Assembly (NCBI GenBank): GCA_964019425.1
Contig: OZ025803.1
Coordinates: 558,001-622,000, forward strand
Reading direction: 5' to 3'
Length of the DNA stretch: 64,000 nt
Origin: Flectonema sp. DT1601
Taxonomy: Eukaryota
Every line of letters begins with the position of its first letter. Position 1 is the stretch's first letter. The position numbers and the translations under genes are program-made. The notes beneath the pieces are model-generated. The model was given only the letters and a program-made list of their open reading frames with translations. It did no database searches and was not told the DNA's origin. This document shows, in pieces, positions 31,165-60,107 of the stretch.

Positions 31165-31996
31165 TCACCTTCCCCGTTCTTTATCGACACCCCGCCCCCG
31201 CAAAACCCGCAAAAAGGTTGTGGTTTAAGGAAAACGATAAAAGTACGCTGCGGCGAGCGCTCGTCCATATCATCTTTTCGCAAAGTCTTCCGATTGAACC
31301 GTGTTCCTCCCCTCCCCCCTCCTCACACGCTGCTAAGAACTAACTTTTCTTGTATACATACGAAGTGTTGTGAACTGGAAAGAGAATACAAAAAGCGATA
31401 ATCCGTATGCGACCCGCAGAAACAGCAGCCTGAAAAGCTCGCGCTCTCGCAATCGCCATCACCCCAGAAGCGATTCGATTATCGTTGCTCTGGGAAAACG
31501 AAGCAAGAGGGAGGGAGGGAGGAAGAATTGCATTTCGCTTTGTTTGTTTTTTTTTCTTGGAAAAATGGTCACTTCCCCCGCACAAGGAGAAGTGGGTATC
31601 ACGACGAAAGGAAAGGAAAAAGATTACGCGGAATTCAAAAGCAACCGGTTCGAGTAACGAACGAAATGGAAAGCTTCGAATGTATAGAATAATTGAAATA
31701 AGCACGGCAGTGAGCCCGGTGCCCAACGGCGACGACGACGACGACGGTGATGATCAGAGAAAATCAATCCTCTCCGACCAAGAACCATCATCGAATATAA
31801 TTTAAAACAATAACAGAAACATGGTAAAAACCATAATATAACAAATTTTTTTTTTTTTGAGCTTCCCTCAGTCTTCCACCCGCGAACCGCGAGGAACAAA
31901 AGAGCCGAGGAGGAGAGAGGCAGACTCCGCGTGTCGTTCATCCATCGTTCAGTCAAGTCCAACGACACACGCAGAATCATCGTCAAGACAGCTTAC

Positions 31997-33079
<1,083 letters not shown>

Positions 33080-33910
33080 TCACCTTCCCCGTTCTTTATC
33101 GACACCCCGCCCCCGCAAAACCCGCAAAAAGGTTGTGGTTTAAGGAAAACGATAAAAGTACGCTGCGGCGAGCGCTCGTCCATATCATCTTTTCGCAAAG
33201 TCTTCCGATTGAACCGTGTTCCTCCCCTCCCCCCTCCTCACACGCTGCTAAGAACTAACTTTTCTTGTATACATACGAAGTGTTGTGAACTGGAAAGAGA
33301 ATACAAAAAGCGATAATCCGTATGCGACCCGCAGAAACAGCAGCCTGAAAAGCTCGCGCTCTCGCAATCGCCATCACCCCAGAAGCGATTCGATTATCGT
33401 TGCTCTGGGAAAACGAAGCAAGAGGGAGGGAGGGAGGAAGAATTGCATTTCGCTTTGTTTGTTTTTTTTTCTTGGAAAAATGGTCACTTCCCCCGCACAA
33501 GGAGAAGTGGGTATCACGACGAAAGGAAAGGAAAAAGATTACGCGGAATTCAAAAGCAACCGGTTCGAGTAACGAACGAAATGGAAAGCTTCGAATGTAT
33601 AGAATAATTGAAATAAGCACGGCAGTGAGCCCGGTGCCCAACGGCGACGACGACGACGACGGTGATGATCAGAGAAAATCAATCCTCTCCGACCAAGAAC
33701 CATCATCGAATATAATTTAAAACAATAACAGAAACATGGTAAAAACCATAATATAACAATTTTTTTTTTTTTGAGCTTCCCTCAGTCTTCCACCCGCGAA
33801 CCGCGAGGAACAAAAGAGCCGAGGAGGAGAGAGGCAGACTCCGCGTGTCGTTCATCCATCGTTCAGTCAAGTCCAACGACACACGCAGAATCATCGTCAA
33901 GACAGCTTAC

Positions 33911-34993
<1,083 letters not shown>

Positions 34994-35824
34994 TCACCTT
35001 CCCCGTTCTTTATCGACACCCCGCCCCCGCAAAACCCGCAAAAAGGTTGTGGTTTAAGGAAAACGATAAAAGTACGCTGCGGCGAGCGCTCGTCCATATC
35101 ATCTTTTCGCAAAGTCTTCCGATTGAACCGTGTTCCTCCCCTCCCCCCTCCTCACACGCTGCTAAGAACTAACTTTTCTTGTATACATACGAAGTGTTGT
35201 GAACTGGAAAGAGAATACAAAAAGCGATAATCCGTATGCGACCCGCAGAAACAGCAGCCTGAAAAGCTCGCGCTCTCGCAATCGCCATCACCCCAGAAGC
35301 GATTCGATTATCGTTGCTCTGGGAAAACGAAGCAAGAGGGAGGGAGGGAGGAAGAATTGCATTTCGCTTTGTTTGTTTTTTTTTCTTGGAAAAATGGTCA
35401 CTTCCCCCGCACAAGGAGAAGTGGGTATCACGACGAAAGGAAAGGAAAAAGATTACGCGGAATTCAAAAGCAACCGGTTCGAGTAACGAACGAAATGGAA
35501 AGCTTCGAATGTATAGAATAATTGAAATAAGCACGGCAGTGAGCCCGGTGCCCAACGGCGACGACGACGACGACGGTGATGATCAGAGAAAATCAATCCT
35601 CTCCGACCAAGAACCATCATCGAATATAATTTAAAACAATAACAGAAACATGGTAAAAACCATAATATAACAATTTTTTTTTTTTTGAGCTTCCCTCAGT
35701 CTTCCACCCGCGAACCGCGAGGAACAAAAGAGCCGAGGAGGAGAGAGGCAGACTCCGCGTGTCGTTCATCCATCGTTCAGTCAAGTCCAACGACACACGC
35801 AGAATCATCGTCAAGACAGCTTAC

Positions 35825-36907
<1,083 letters not shown>

Positions 36908-37738
36908 TCACCTTCCCCGTTCTTTATCGACACCCCGCCCCCGCAAAACCCGCAAAAAGGTTGTGGTTTAAGGAAAACGATAAAAGTACGCTGCGGCGAG
37001 CGCTCGTCCATATCATCTTTTCGCAAAGTCTTCCGATTGAACCGTGTTCCTCCCCTCCCCCCTCCTCACACGCTGCTAAGAACTAACTTTTCTTGTATAC
37101 ATACGAAGTGTTGTGAACTGGAAAGAGAATACAAAAAGCGATAATCCGTATGCGACCCGCAGAAACAGCAGCCTGAAAAGCTCGCGCTCTCGCAATCGCC
37201 ATCACCCCAGAAGCGATTCGATTATCGTTGCTCTGGGAAAACGAAGCAAGAGGGAGGGAGGGAGGAAGAATTGCATTTCGCTTTGTTTGTTTTTTTTTCT
37301 TGGAAAAATGGTCACTTCCCCCGCACAAGGAGAAGTGGGTATCACGACGAAAGGAAAGGAAAAAGATTACGCGGAATTCAAAAGCAACCGGTTCGAGTAA
37401 CGAACGAAATGGAAAGCTTCGAATGTATAGAATAATTGAAATAAGCACGGCAGTGAGCCCGGTGCCCAACGGCGACGACGACGACGACGGTGATGATCAG
37501 AGAAAATCAATCCTCTCCGACCAAGAACCATCATCGAATATAATTTAAAACAATAACAGAAACATGGTAAAAACCATAATATAACAATTTTTTTTTTTTT
37601 GAGCTTCCCTCAGTCTTCCACCCGCGAACCGCGAGGAACAAAAGAGCCGAGGAGGAGAGAGGCAGACTCCGCGTGTCGTTCATCCATCGTTCAGTCAAGT
37701 CCAACGACACACGCAGAATCATCGTCAAGACAGCTTAC

Positions 37739-38821
<1,083 letters not shown>

Positions 38822-39652
38822 TCACCTTCCCCGTTCTTTATCGACACCCCGCCCCCGCAAAACCCGCAAAAAGGTTGTGGTTTAAGGAAAACGATAAAAG
38901 TACGCTGCGGCGAGCGCTCGTCCATATCATCTTTTCGCAAAGTCTTCCGATTGAACCGTGTTCCTCCCCTCCCCCCTCCTCACACGCTGCTAAGAACTAA
39001 CTTTTCTTGTATACATACGAAGTGTTGTGAACTGGAAAGAGAATACAAAAAGCGATAATCCGTATGCGACCCGCAGAAACAGCAGCCTGAAAAGCTCGCG
39101 CTCTCGCAATCGCCATCACCCCAGAAGCGATTCGATTATCGTTGCTCTGGGAAAACGAAGCAAGAGGGAGGGAGGGAGGAAGAATTGCATTTCGCTTTGT
39201 TTGTTTTTTTTTCTTGGAAAAATGGTCACTTCCCCCGCACAAGGAGAAGTGGGTATCACGACGAAAGGAAAGGAAAAAGATTACGCGGAATTCAAAAGCA
39301 ACCGGTTCGAGTAACGAACGAAATGGAAAGCTTCGAATGTATAGAATAATTGAAATAAGCACGGCAGTGAGCCCGGTGCCCAACGGCGACGACGACGACG
39401 ACGGTGATGATCAGAGAAAATCAATCCTCTCCGACCAAGAACCATCATCGAATATAATTTAAAACAATAACAGAAACATGGTAAAAACCATAATATAACA
39501 ATTTTTTTTTTTTTGAGCTTCCCTCAGTCTTCCACCCGCGAACCGCGAGGAACAAAAGAGCCGAGGAGGAGAGAGGCAGACTCCGCGTGTCGTTCATCCA
39601 TCGTTCAGTCAAGTCCAACGACACACGCAGAATCATCGTCAAGACAGCTTAC

Positions 39653-40735
<1,083 letters not shown>

Positions 40736-41566
40736 TCACCTTCCCCGTTCTTTATCGACACCCCGCCCCCGCAAAACCCGCAAAAAGGTTGTGGTTTAAG
40801 GAAAACGATAAAAGTACGCTGCGGCGAGCGCTCGTCCATATCATCTTTTCGCAAAGTCTTCCGATTGAACCGTGTTCCTCCCCTCCCCCCTCCTCACACG
40901 CTGCTAAGAACTAACTTTTCTTGTATACATACGAAGTGTTGTGAACTGGAAAGAGAATACAAAAAGCGATAATCCGTATGCGACCCGCAGAAACAGCAGC
41001 CTGAAAAGCTCGCGCTCTCGCAATCGCCATCACCCCAGAAGCGATTCGATTATCGTTGCTCTGGGAAAACGAAGCAAGAGGGAGGGAGGGAGGAAGAATT
41101 GCATTTCGCTTTGTTTGTTTTTTTTTCTTGGAAAAATGGTCACTTCCCCCGCACAAGGAGAAGTGGGTATCACGACGAAAGGAAAGGAAAAAGATTACGC
41201 GGAATTCAAAAGCAACCGGTTCGAGTAACGAACGAAATGGAAAGCTTCGAATGTATAGAATAATTGAAATAAGCACGGCAGTGAGCCCGGTGCCCAACGG
41301 CGACGACGACGACGACGGTGATGATCAGAGAAAATCAATCCTCTCCGACCAAGAACCATCATCGAATATAATTTAAAACAATAACAGAAACATGGTAAAA
41401 ACCATAATATAACAATTTTTTTTTTTTTGAGCTTCCCTCAGTCTTCCACCCGCGAACCGCGAGGAACAAAAGAGCCGAGGAGGAGAGAGGCAGACTCCGC
41501 GTGTCGTTCATCCATCGTTCAGTCAAGTCCAACGACACACGCAGAATCATCGTCAAGACAGCTTAC

Positions 41567-42649
<1,083 letters not shown>

Positions 42650-43476
42650 TCACCTTCCCCGTTCTTTATCGACACCCCGCCCCCGCAAAACCCGCAAAAA
42701 GGTTGTGGTTTAAGGAAAACGATAAAAGTACGCTGCGGCGAGCGCTCGTCCATATCATCTTTTCGCAAAGTCTTCCGATTGAACCGTGTTCCTCCCCTCC
42801 CCCCTCCTCACACGCTGCTAAGAACTAACTTTTCTTGTATACATACGAAGTGTTGTGAACTGGAAAGAGAATACAAAAAGCGATAATCCGTATGCGACCC
42901 GCAGAAACAGCAGCCTGAAAAGCTCGCGCTCTCGCAATCGCCATCACCCCAGAAGCGATTCGATTATCGTTGCTCTGGGAAAACGAAGCAAGAGGGAGGG
43001 AGGGAGGAAGAATTGCATTTCGCTTTGTTTGTTTTTTTTTCTTGGAAAAATGGTCACTTCCCCCGCACAAGGAGAAGTGGGTATCACGACGAAAGGAAAG
43101 GAAAAAGATTACGCGGAATTCAAAAGCAACCGGTTCGAGTAACGAACGAAATGGAAAGCTTCGAATGTATAGAATAATTGAAATAAGCACGGCAGTGAGC
43201 CCGGTGCCCAACGGCGACGACGACGACGACGGTGATGATCAGAGAAAATCAATCCTCTCCGACCAAGAACCATCATCGAATATAATTTAAAACAATAACA
43301 GAAACATGGTAAAAACCATAATATAACAATTTTTTTTTTTTTGAGCTTCCCTCAGTCTTCCACCCGCGAACCGCGAGGAACAAAAGAGCCGAGGAGGAGA
43401 GAGGCAGACTCCGCGTGTCGTTCATCCATCGTTCAGTCAAGTCCAACGACACACGCAGAATCATCGTCAAGACAGC

Positions 43477-44550
<1,074 letters not shown>

Positions 44551-45390
44551 TCACCTCGTCACCTTCCCCGTTCTTTATCGACACCCCGCCCCCGCAAAAC
44601 CCGCAAAAAGGTTGTGGTTTAAGGAAAACGATAAAAGTACGCTGCGGCGAGCGCTCGTCCATATCATCTTTTCGCAAAGTCTTCCGATTGAACCGTGTTC
44701 CTCCCCTCCCCCCTCCTCACACGCTGCTAAGAACTAACTTTTCTTGTATACATACGAAGTGTTGTGAACTGGAAAGAGAATACAAAAAGCGATAATCCGT
44801 ATGCGACCCGCAGAAACAGCAGCCTGAAAAGCTCGCGCTCTCGCAATCGCCATCACCCCAGAAGCGATTCGATTATCGTTGCTCTGGGAAAACGAAGCAA
44901 GAGGGAGGGAGGGAGGAAGAATTGCATTTCGCTTTGTTTGTTTTTTTTTCTTGGAAAAATGGTCACTTCCCCCGCACAAGGAGAAGTGGGTATCACGACG
45001 AAAGGAAAGGAAAAAGATTACGCGGAATTCAAAAGCAACCGGTTCGAGTAACGAACGAAATGGAAAGCTTCGAATGTATAGAATAATTGAAATAAGCACG
45101 GCAGTGAGCCCGGTGCCCAACGGCGACGACGACGACGACGGTGATGATCAGAGAAAATCAATCCTCTCCGACCAAGAACCATCATCGAATATAATTTAAA
45201 ACAATAACAGAAACATGGTAAAAACCATAATATAACAATTTTTTTTTTTTTTGAGCTTCCCTCAGTCTTCCACCCGCGAACCGCGAGGAACAAAAGAGCC
45301 GAGGAGGAGAGAGGCAGACTCCGCGTGTCGTTCATCCATCGTTCAGTCAAGTCCAACGACACACGCAGAATCATCGTCAAGACAGCTTAC

Positions 45391-46473
<1,083 letters not shown>

Positions 46474-47305
46474 TCACCTTCCCCGTTCTTTATCGACACC
46501 CCGCCCCCGCAAAACCCGCAAAAAGGTTGTGGTTTAAGGAAAACGATAAAAGTACGCTGCGGCGAGCGCTCGTCCATATCATCTTTTCGCAAAGTCTTCC
46601 GATTGAACCGTGTTCCTCCCCTCCCCCCTCCTCACACGCTGCTAAGAACTAACTTTTCTTGTATACATACGAAGTGTTGTGAACTGGAAAGAGAATACAA
46701 AAAGCGATAATCCGTATGCGACCCGCAGAAACAGCAGCCTGAAAAGCTCGCGCTCTCGCAATCGCCATCACCCCAGAAGCGATTCGATTATCGTTGCTCT
46801 GGGAAAACGAAGCAAGAGGGAGGGAGGGAGGAAGAATTGCATTTCGCTTTGTTTGTTTTTTTTTCTTGGAAAAATGGTCACTTCCCCCGCACAAGGAGAA
46901 GTGGGTATCACGACGAAAGGAAAGGAAAAAGATTACGCGGAATTCAAAAGCAACCGGTTCGAGTAACGAACGAAATGGAAAGCTTCGAATGTATAGAATA
47001 ATTGAAATAAGCACGGCAGTGAGCCCGGTGCCCAACGGCGACGACGACGACGACGGTGATGATCAGAGAAAATCAATCCTCTCCGACCAAGAACCATCAT
47101 CGAATATAATTTAAAACAATAACAGAAACATGGTAAAAACCATAATATAACAATTTTTTTTTTTTTTGAGCTTCCCTCAGTCTTCCACCCGCGAACCGCG
47201 AGGAACAAAAGAGCCGAGGAGGAGAGAGGCAGACTCCGCGTGTCGTTCATCCATCGTTCAGTCAAGTCCAACGACACACGCAGAATCATCGTCAAGACAG
47301 CTTAC

Positions 47306-48388
<1,083 letters not shown>

Positions 48389-49219
48389 TCACCTTCCCCG
48401 TTCTTTATCGACACCCCGCCCCCGCAAAACCCGCAAAAAGGTTGTGGTTTAAGGAAAACGATAAAAGTACGCTGCGGCGAGCGCTCGTCCATATCATCTT
48501 TTCGCAAAGTCTTCCGATTGAACCGTGTTCCTCCCCTCCCCCCTCCTCACACGCTGCTAAGAACTAACTTTTCTTGTATACATACGAAGTGTTGTGAACT
48601 GGAAAGAGAATACAAAAAGCGATAATCCGTATGCGACCCGCAGAAACAGCAGCCTGAAAAGCTCGCGCTCTCGCAATCGCCATCACCCCAGAAGCGATTC
48701 GATTATCGTTGCTCTGGGAAAACGAAGCAAGAGGGAGGGAGGGAGGAAGAATTGCATTTCGCTTTGTTTGTTTTTTTTTCTTGGAAAAATGGTCACTTCC
48801 CCCGCACAAGGAGAAGTGGGTATCACGACGAAAGGAAAGGAAAAAGATTACGCGGAATTCAAAAGCAACCGGTTCGAGTAACGAACGAAATGGAAAGCTT
48901 CGAATGTATAGAATAATTGAAATAAGCACGGCAGTGAGCCCGGTGCCCAACGGCGACGACGACGACGACGGTGATGATCAGAGAAAATCAATCCTCTCCG
49001 ACCAAGAACCATCATCGAATATAATTTAAAACAATAACAGAAACATGGTAAAAACCATAATATAACAATTTTTTTTTTTTTGAGCTTCCCTCAGTCTTCC
49101 ACCCGCGAACCGCGAGGAACAAAAGAGCCGAGGAGGAGAGAGGCAGACTCCGCGTGTCGTTCATCCATCGTTCAGTCAAGTCCAACGACACACGCAGAAT
49201 CATCGTCAAGACAGCTTAC

Positions 49220-50302
<1,083 letters not shown>

Positions 50303-51134
50303 TCACCTTCCCCGTTCTTTATCGACACCCCGCCCCCGCAAAACCCGCAAAAAGGTTGTGGTTTAAGGAAAACGATAAAAGTACGCTGCGGCGAGCGCTC
50401 GTCCATATCATCTTTTCGCAAAGTCTTCCGATTGAACCGTGTTCCTCCCCTCCCCCCCTCCTCACACGCTGCTAAGAACTAACTTTTCTTGTATACATAC
50501 GAAGTGTTGTGAACTGGAAAGAGAATACAAAAAGCGATAATCCGTATGCGACCCGCAGAAACAGCAGCCTGAAAAGCTCGCGCTCTCGCAATCGCCATCA
50601 CCCCAGAAGCGATTCGATTATCGTTGCTCTGGGAAAACGAAGCAAGAGGGAGGGAGGGAGGAAGAATTGCATTTCGCTTTGTTTGTTTTTTTTTCTTGGA
50701 AAAATGGTCACTTCCCCCGCACAAGGAGAAGTGGGTATCACGACGAAAGGAAAGGAAAAAGATTACGCGGAATTCAAAAGCAACCGGTTCGAGTAACGAA
50801 CGAAATGGAAAGCTTCGAATGTATAGAATAATTGAAATAAGCACGGCAGTGAGCCCGGTGCCCAACGGCGACGACGACGACGACGGTGATGATCAGAGAA
50901 AATCAATCCTCTCCGACCAAGAACCATCATCGAATATAATTTAAAACAATAACAGAAACATGGTAAAAACCATAATATAACAATTTTTTTTTTTTTGAGC
51001 TTCCCTCAGTCTTCCACCCGCGAACCGCGAGGAACAAAAGAGCCGAGGAGGAGAGAGGCAGACTCCGCGTGTCGTTCATCCATCGTTCAGTCAAGTCCAA
51101 CGACACACGCAGAATCATCGTCAAGACAGCTTAC

Positions 51135-52217
<1,083 letters not shown>

Positions 52218-53050
52218 TCACCTTCCCCGTTCTTTATCGACACCCCGCCCCCGCAAAACCCGCAAAAAGGTTGTGGTTTAAGGAAAACGATAAAAGTACG
52301 CTGCGGCGAGCGCTCGTCCATATCATCTTTTCGCAAAGTCTTCCGATTGAACCGTGTTCCTCCCCTCCCCCCCTCCTCACACGCTGCTAAGAACTAACTT
52401 TTCTTGTATACATACGAAGTGTTGTGAACTGGAAAGAGAATACAAAAAGCGATAATCCGTATGCGACCCGCAGAAACAGCAGCCTGAAAAGCTCGCGCTC
52501 TCGCAATCGCCATCACCCCAGAAGCGATTCGATTATCGTTGCTCTGGGAAAACGAAGCAAGAGGGAGGGAGGGAGGAAGAATTGCATTTCGCTTTGTTTG
52601 TTTTTTTTTCTTGGAAAAATGGTCACTTCCCCCGCACAAGGAGAAGTGGGTATCACGACGAAAGGAAAGGAAAAAGATTACGCGGAATTCAAAAGCAACC
52701 GGTTCGAGTAACGAACGAAATGGAAAGCTTCGAATGTATAGAATAATTGAAATAAGCACGGCAGTGAGCCCGGTGCCCAACGGCGACGACGACGACGACG
52801 GTGATGATCAGAGAAAATCAATCCTCTCCGACCAAGAACCATCATCGAATATAATTTAAAACAATAACAGAAACATGGTAAAAACCATAATATAACAATT
52901 TTTTTTTTTTTTGAGCTTCCCTCAGTCTTCCACCCGCGAACCGCGAGGAACAAAAGAGCCGAGGAGGAGAGAGGCAGACTCCGCGTGTCGTTCATCCATC
53001 GTTCAGTCAAGTCCAACGACACACGCAGAATCATCGTCAAGACAGCTTAC

Positions 53051-54133
<1,083 letters not shown>

Positions 54134-54965
54134 TCACCTTCCCCGTTCTTTATCGACACCCCGCCCCCGCAAAACCCGCAAAAAGGTTGTGGTTTAAGGA
54201 AAACGATAAAAGTACGCTGCGGCGAGCGCTCGTCCATATCATCTTTTCGCAAAGTCTTCCGATTGAACCGTGTTCCTCCCCTCCCCCCTCCTCACACGCT
54301 GCTAAGAACTAACTTTTCTTGTATACATACGAAGTGTTGTGAACTGGAAAGAGAATACAAAAAGCGATAATCCGTATGCGACCCGCAGAAACAGCAGCCT
54401 GAAAAGCTCGCGCTCTCGCAATCGCCATCACCCCAGAAGCGATTCGATTATCGTTGCTCTGGGAAAACGAAGCAAGAGGGAGGGAGGGAGGAAGAATTGC
54501 ATTTCGCTTTGTTTGTTTTTTTTTCTTGGAAAAATGGTCACTTCCCCCGCACAAGGAGAAGTGGGTATCACGACGAAAGGAAAGGAAAAAGATTACGCGG
54601 AATTCAAAAGCAACCGGTTCGAGTAACGAACGAAATGGAAAGCTTCGAATGTATAGAATAATTGAAATAAGCACGGCAGTGAGCCCGGTGCCCAACGGCG
54701 ACGACGACGACGACGGTGATGATCAGAGAAAATCAATCCTCTCCGACCAAGAACCATCATCGAATATAATTTAAAACAATAACAGAAACATGGTAAAAAC
54801 CATAATATAACAATTTTTTTTTTTTTTGAGCTTCCCTCAGTCTTCCACCCGCGAACCGCGAGGAACAAAAGAGCCGAGGAGGAGAGAGGCAGACTCCGCG
54901 TGTCGTTCATCCATCGTTCAGTCAAGTCCAACGACACACGCAGAATCATCGTCAAGACAGCTTAC

Positions 54966-56048
<1,083 letters not shown>

Positions 56049-56879
56049 TCACCTTCCCCGTTCTTTATCGACACCCCGCCCCCGCAAAACCCGCAAAAAG
56101 GTTGTGGTTTAAGGAAAACGATAAAAGTACGCTGCGGCGAGCGCTCGTCCATATCATCTTTTCGCAAAGTCTTCCGATTGAACCGTGTTCCTCCCCTCCC
56201 CCCTCCTCACACGCTGCTAAGAACTAACTTTTCTTGTATACATACGAAGTGTTGTGAACTGGAAAGAGAATACAAAAAGCGATAATCCGTATGCGACCCG
56301 CAGAAACAGCAGCCTGAAAAGCTCGCGCTCTCGCAATCGCCATCACCCCAGAAGCGATTCGATTATCGTTGCTCTGGGAAAACGAAGCAAGAGGGAGGGA
56401 GGGAGGAAGAATTGCATTTCGCTTTGTTTGTTTTTTTTTCTTGGAAAAATGGTCACTTCCCCCGCACAAGGAGAAGTGGGTATCACGACGAAAGGAAAGG
56501 AAAAAGATTACGCGGAATTCAAAAGCAACCGGTTCGAGTAACGAACGAAATGGAAAGCTTCGAATGTATAGAATAATTGAAATAAGCACGGCAGTGAGCC
56601 CGGTGCCCAACGGCGACGACGACGACGACGGTGATGATCAGAGAAAATCAATCCTCTCCGACCAAGAACCATCATCGAATATAATTTAAAACAATAACAG
56701 AAACATGGTAAAAACCATAATATAACAATTTTTTTTTTTTTGAGCTTCCCTCAGTCTTCCACCCGCGAACCGCGAGGAACAAAAGAGCCGAGGAGGAGAG
56801 AGGCAGACTCCGCGTGTCGTTCATCCATCGTTCAGTCAAGTCCAACGACACACGCAGAATCATCGTCAAGACAGCTTAC

Positions 56880-57962
<1,083 letters not shown>

Positions 57963-58793
57963 TCACCTTCCCCGTTCTTTATCGACACCCCGCCCCCGCA
58001 AAACCCGCAAAAAGGTTGTGGTTTAAGGAAAACGATAAAAGTACGCTGCGGCGAGCGCTCGTCCATATCATCTTTTCGCAAAGTCTTCCGATTGAACCGT
58101 GTTCCTCCCCTCCCCCCTCCTCACACGCTGCTAAGAACTAACTTTTCTTGTATACATACGAAGTGTTGTGAACTGGAAAGAGAATACAAAAAGCGATAAT
58201 CCGTATGCGACCCGCAGAAACAGCAGCCTGAAAAGCTCGCGCTCTCGCAATCGCCATCACCCCAGAAGCGATTCGATTATCGTTGCTCTGGGAAAACGAA
58301 GCAAGAGGGAGGGAGGGAGGAAGAATTGCATTTCGCTTTGTTTGTTTTTTTTTCTTGGAAAAATGGTCACTTCCCCCGCACAAGGAGAAGTGGGTATCAC
58401 GACGAAAGGAAAGGAAAAAGATTACGCGGAATTCAAAAGCAACCGGTTCGAGTAACGAACGAAATGGAAAGCTTCGAATGTATAGAATAATTGAAATAAG
58501 CACGGCAGTGAGCCCGGTGCCCAACGGCGACGACGACGACGACGGTGATGATCAGAGAAAATCAATCCTCTCCGACCAAGAACCATCATCGAATATAATT
58601 TAAAACAATAACAGAAACATGGTAAAAACCATAATATAACAATTTTTTTTTTTTTGAGCTTCCCTCAGTCTTCCACCCGCGAACCGCGAGGAACAAAAGA
58701 GCCGAGGAGGAGAGAGGCAGACTCCGCGTGTCGTTCATCCATCGTTCAGTCAAGTCCAACGACACACGCAGAATCATCGTCAAGACAGCTTAC

Positions 58794-59876
<1,083 letters not shown>

Positions 59877-60107
59877 TCACCTTCCCCGTTCTTTATCGAC
59901 ACCCCGCCCCCGCAAAACCCGCAAAAAGGTTGTGGTTTAAGGAAAACTATAAGGTACGTCAGATGTTTCAAATTCGCCAAAGTGTTTACTGTAATAAAAA
60001 AAAAATATGAGATTATAAAGTTAAGATATATGTGTGATTGAAATACAGGCAATAGGTAGTTGTTTCTAAAGATTTCAGGTTCTTAAAAACAAATCGATTA
60101 TCTCAAT

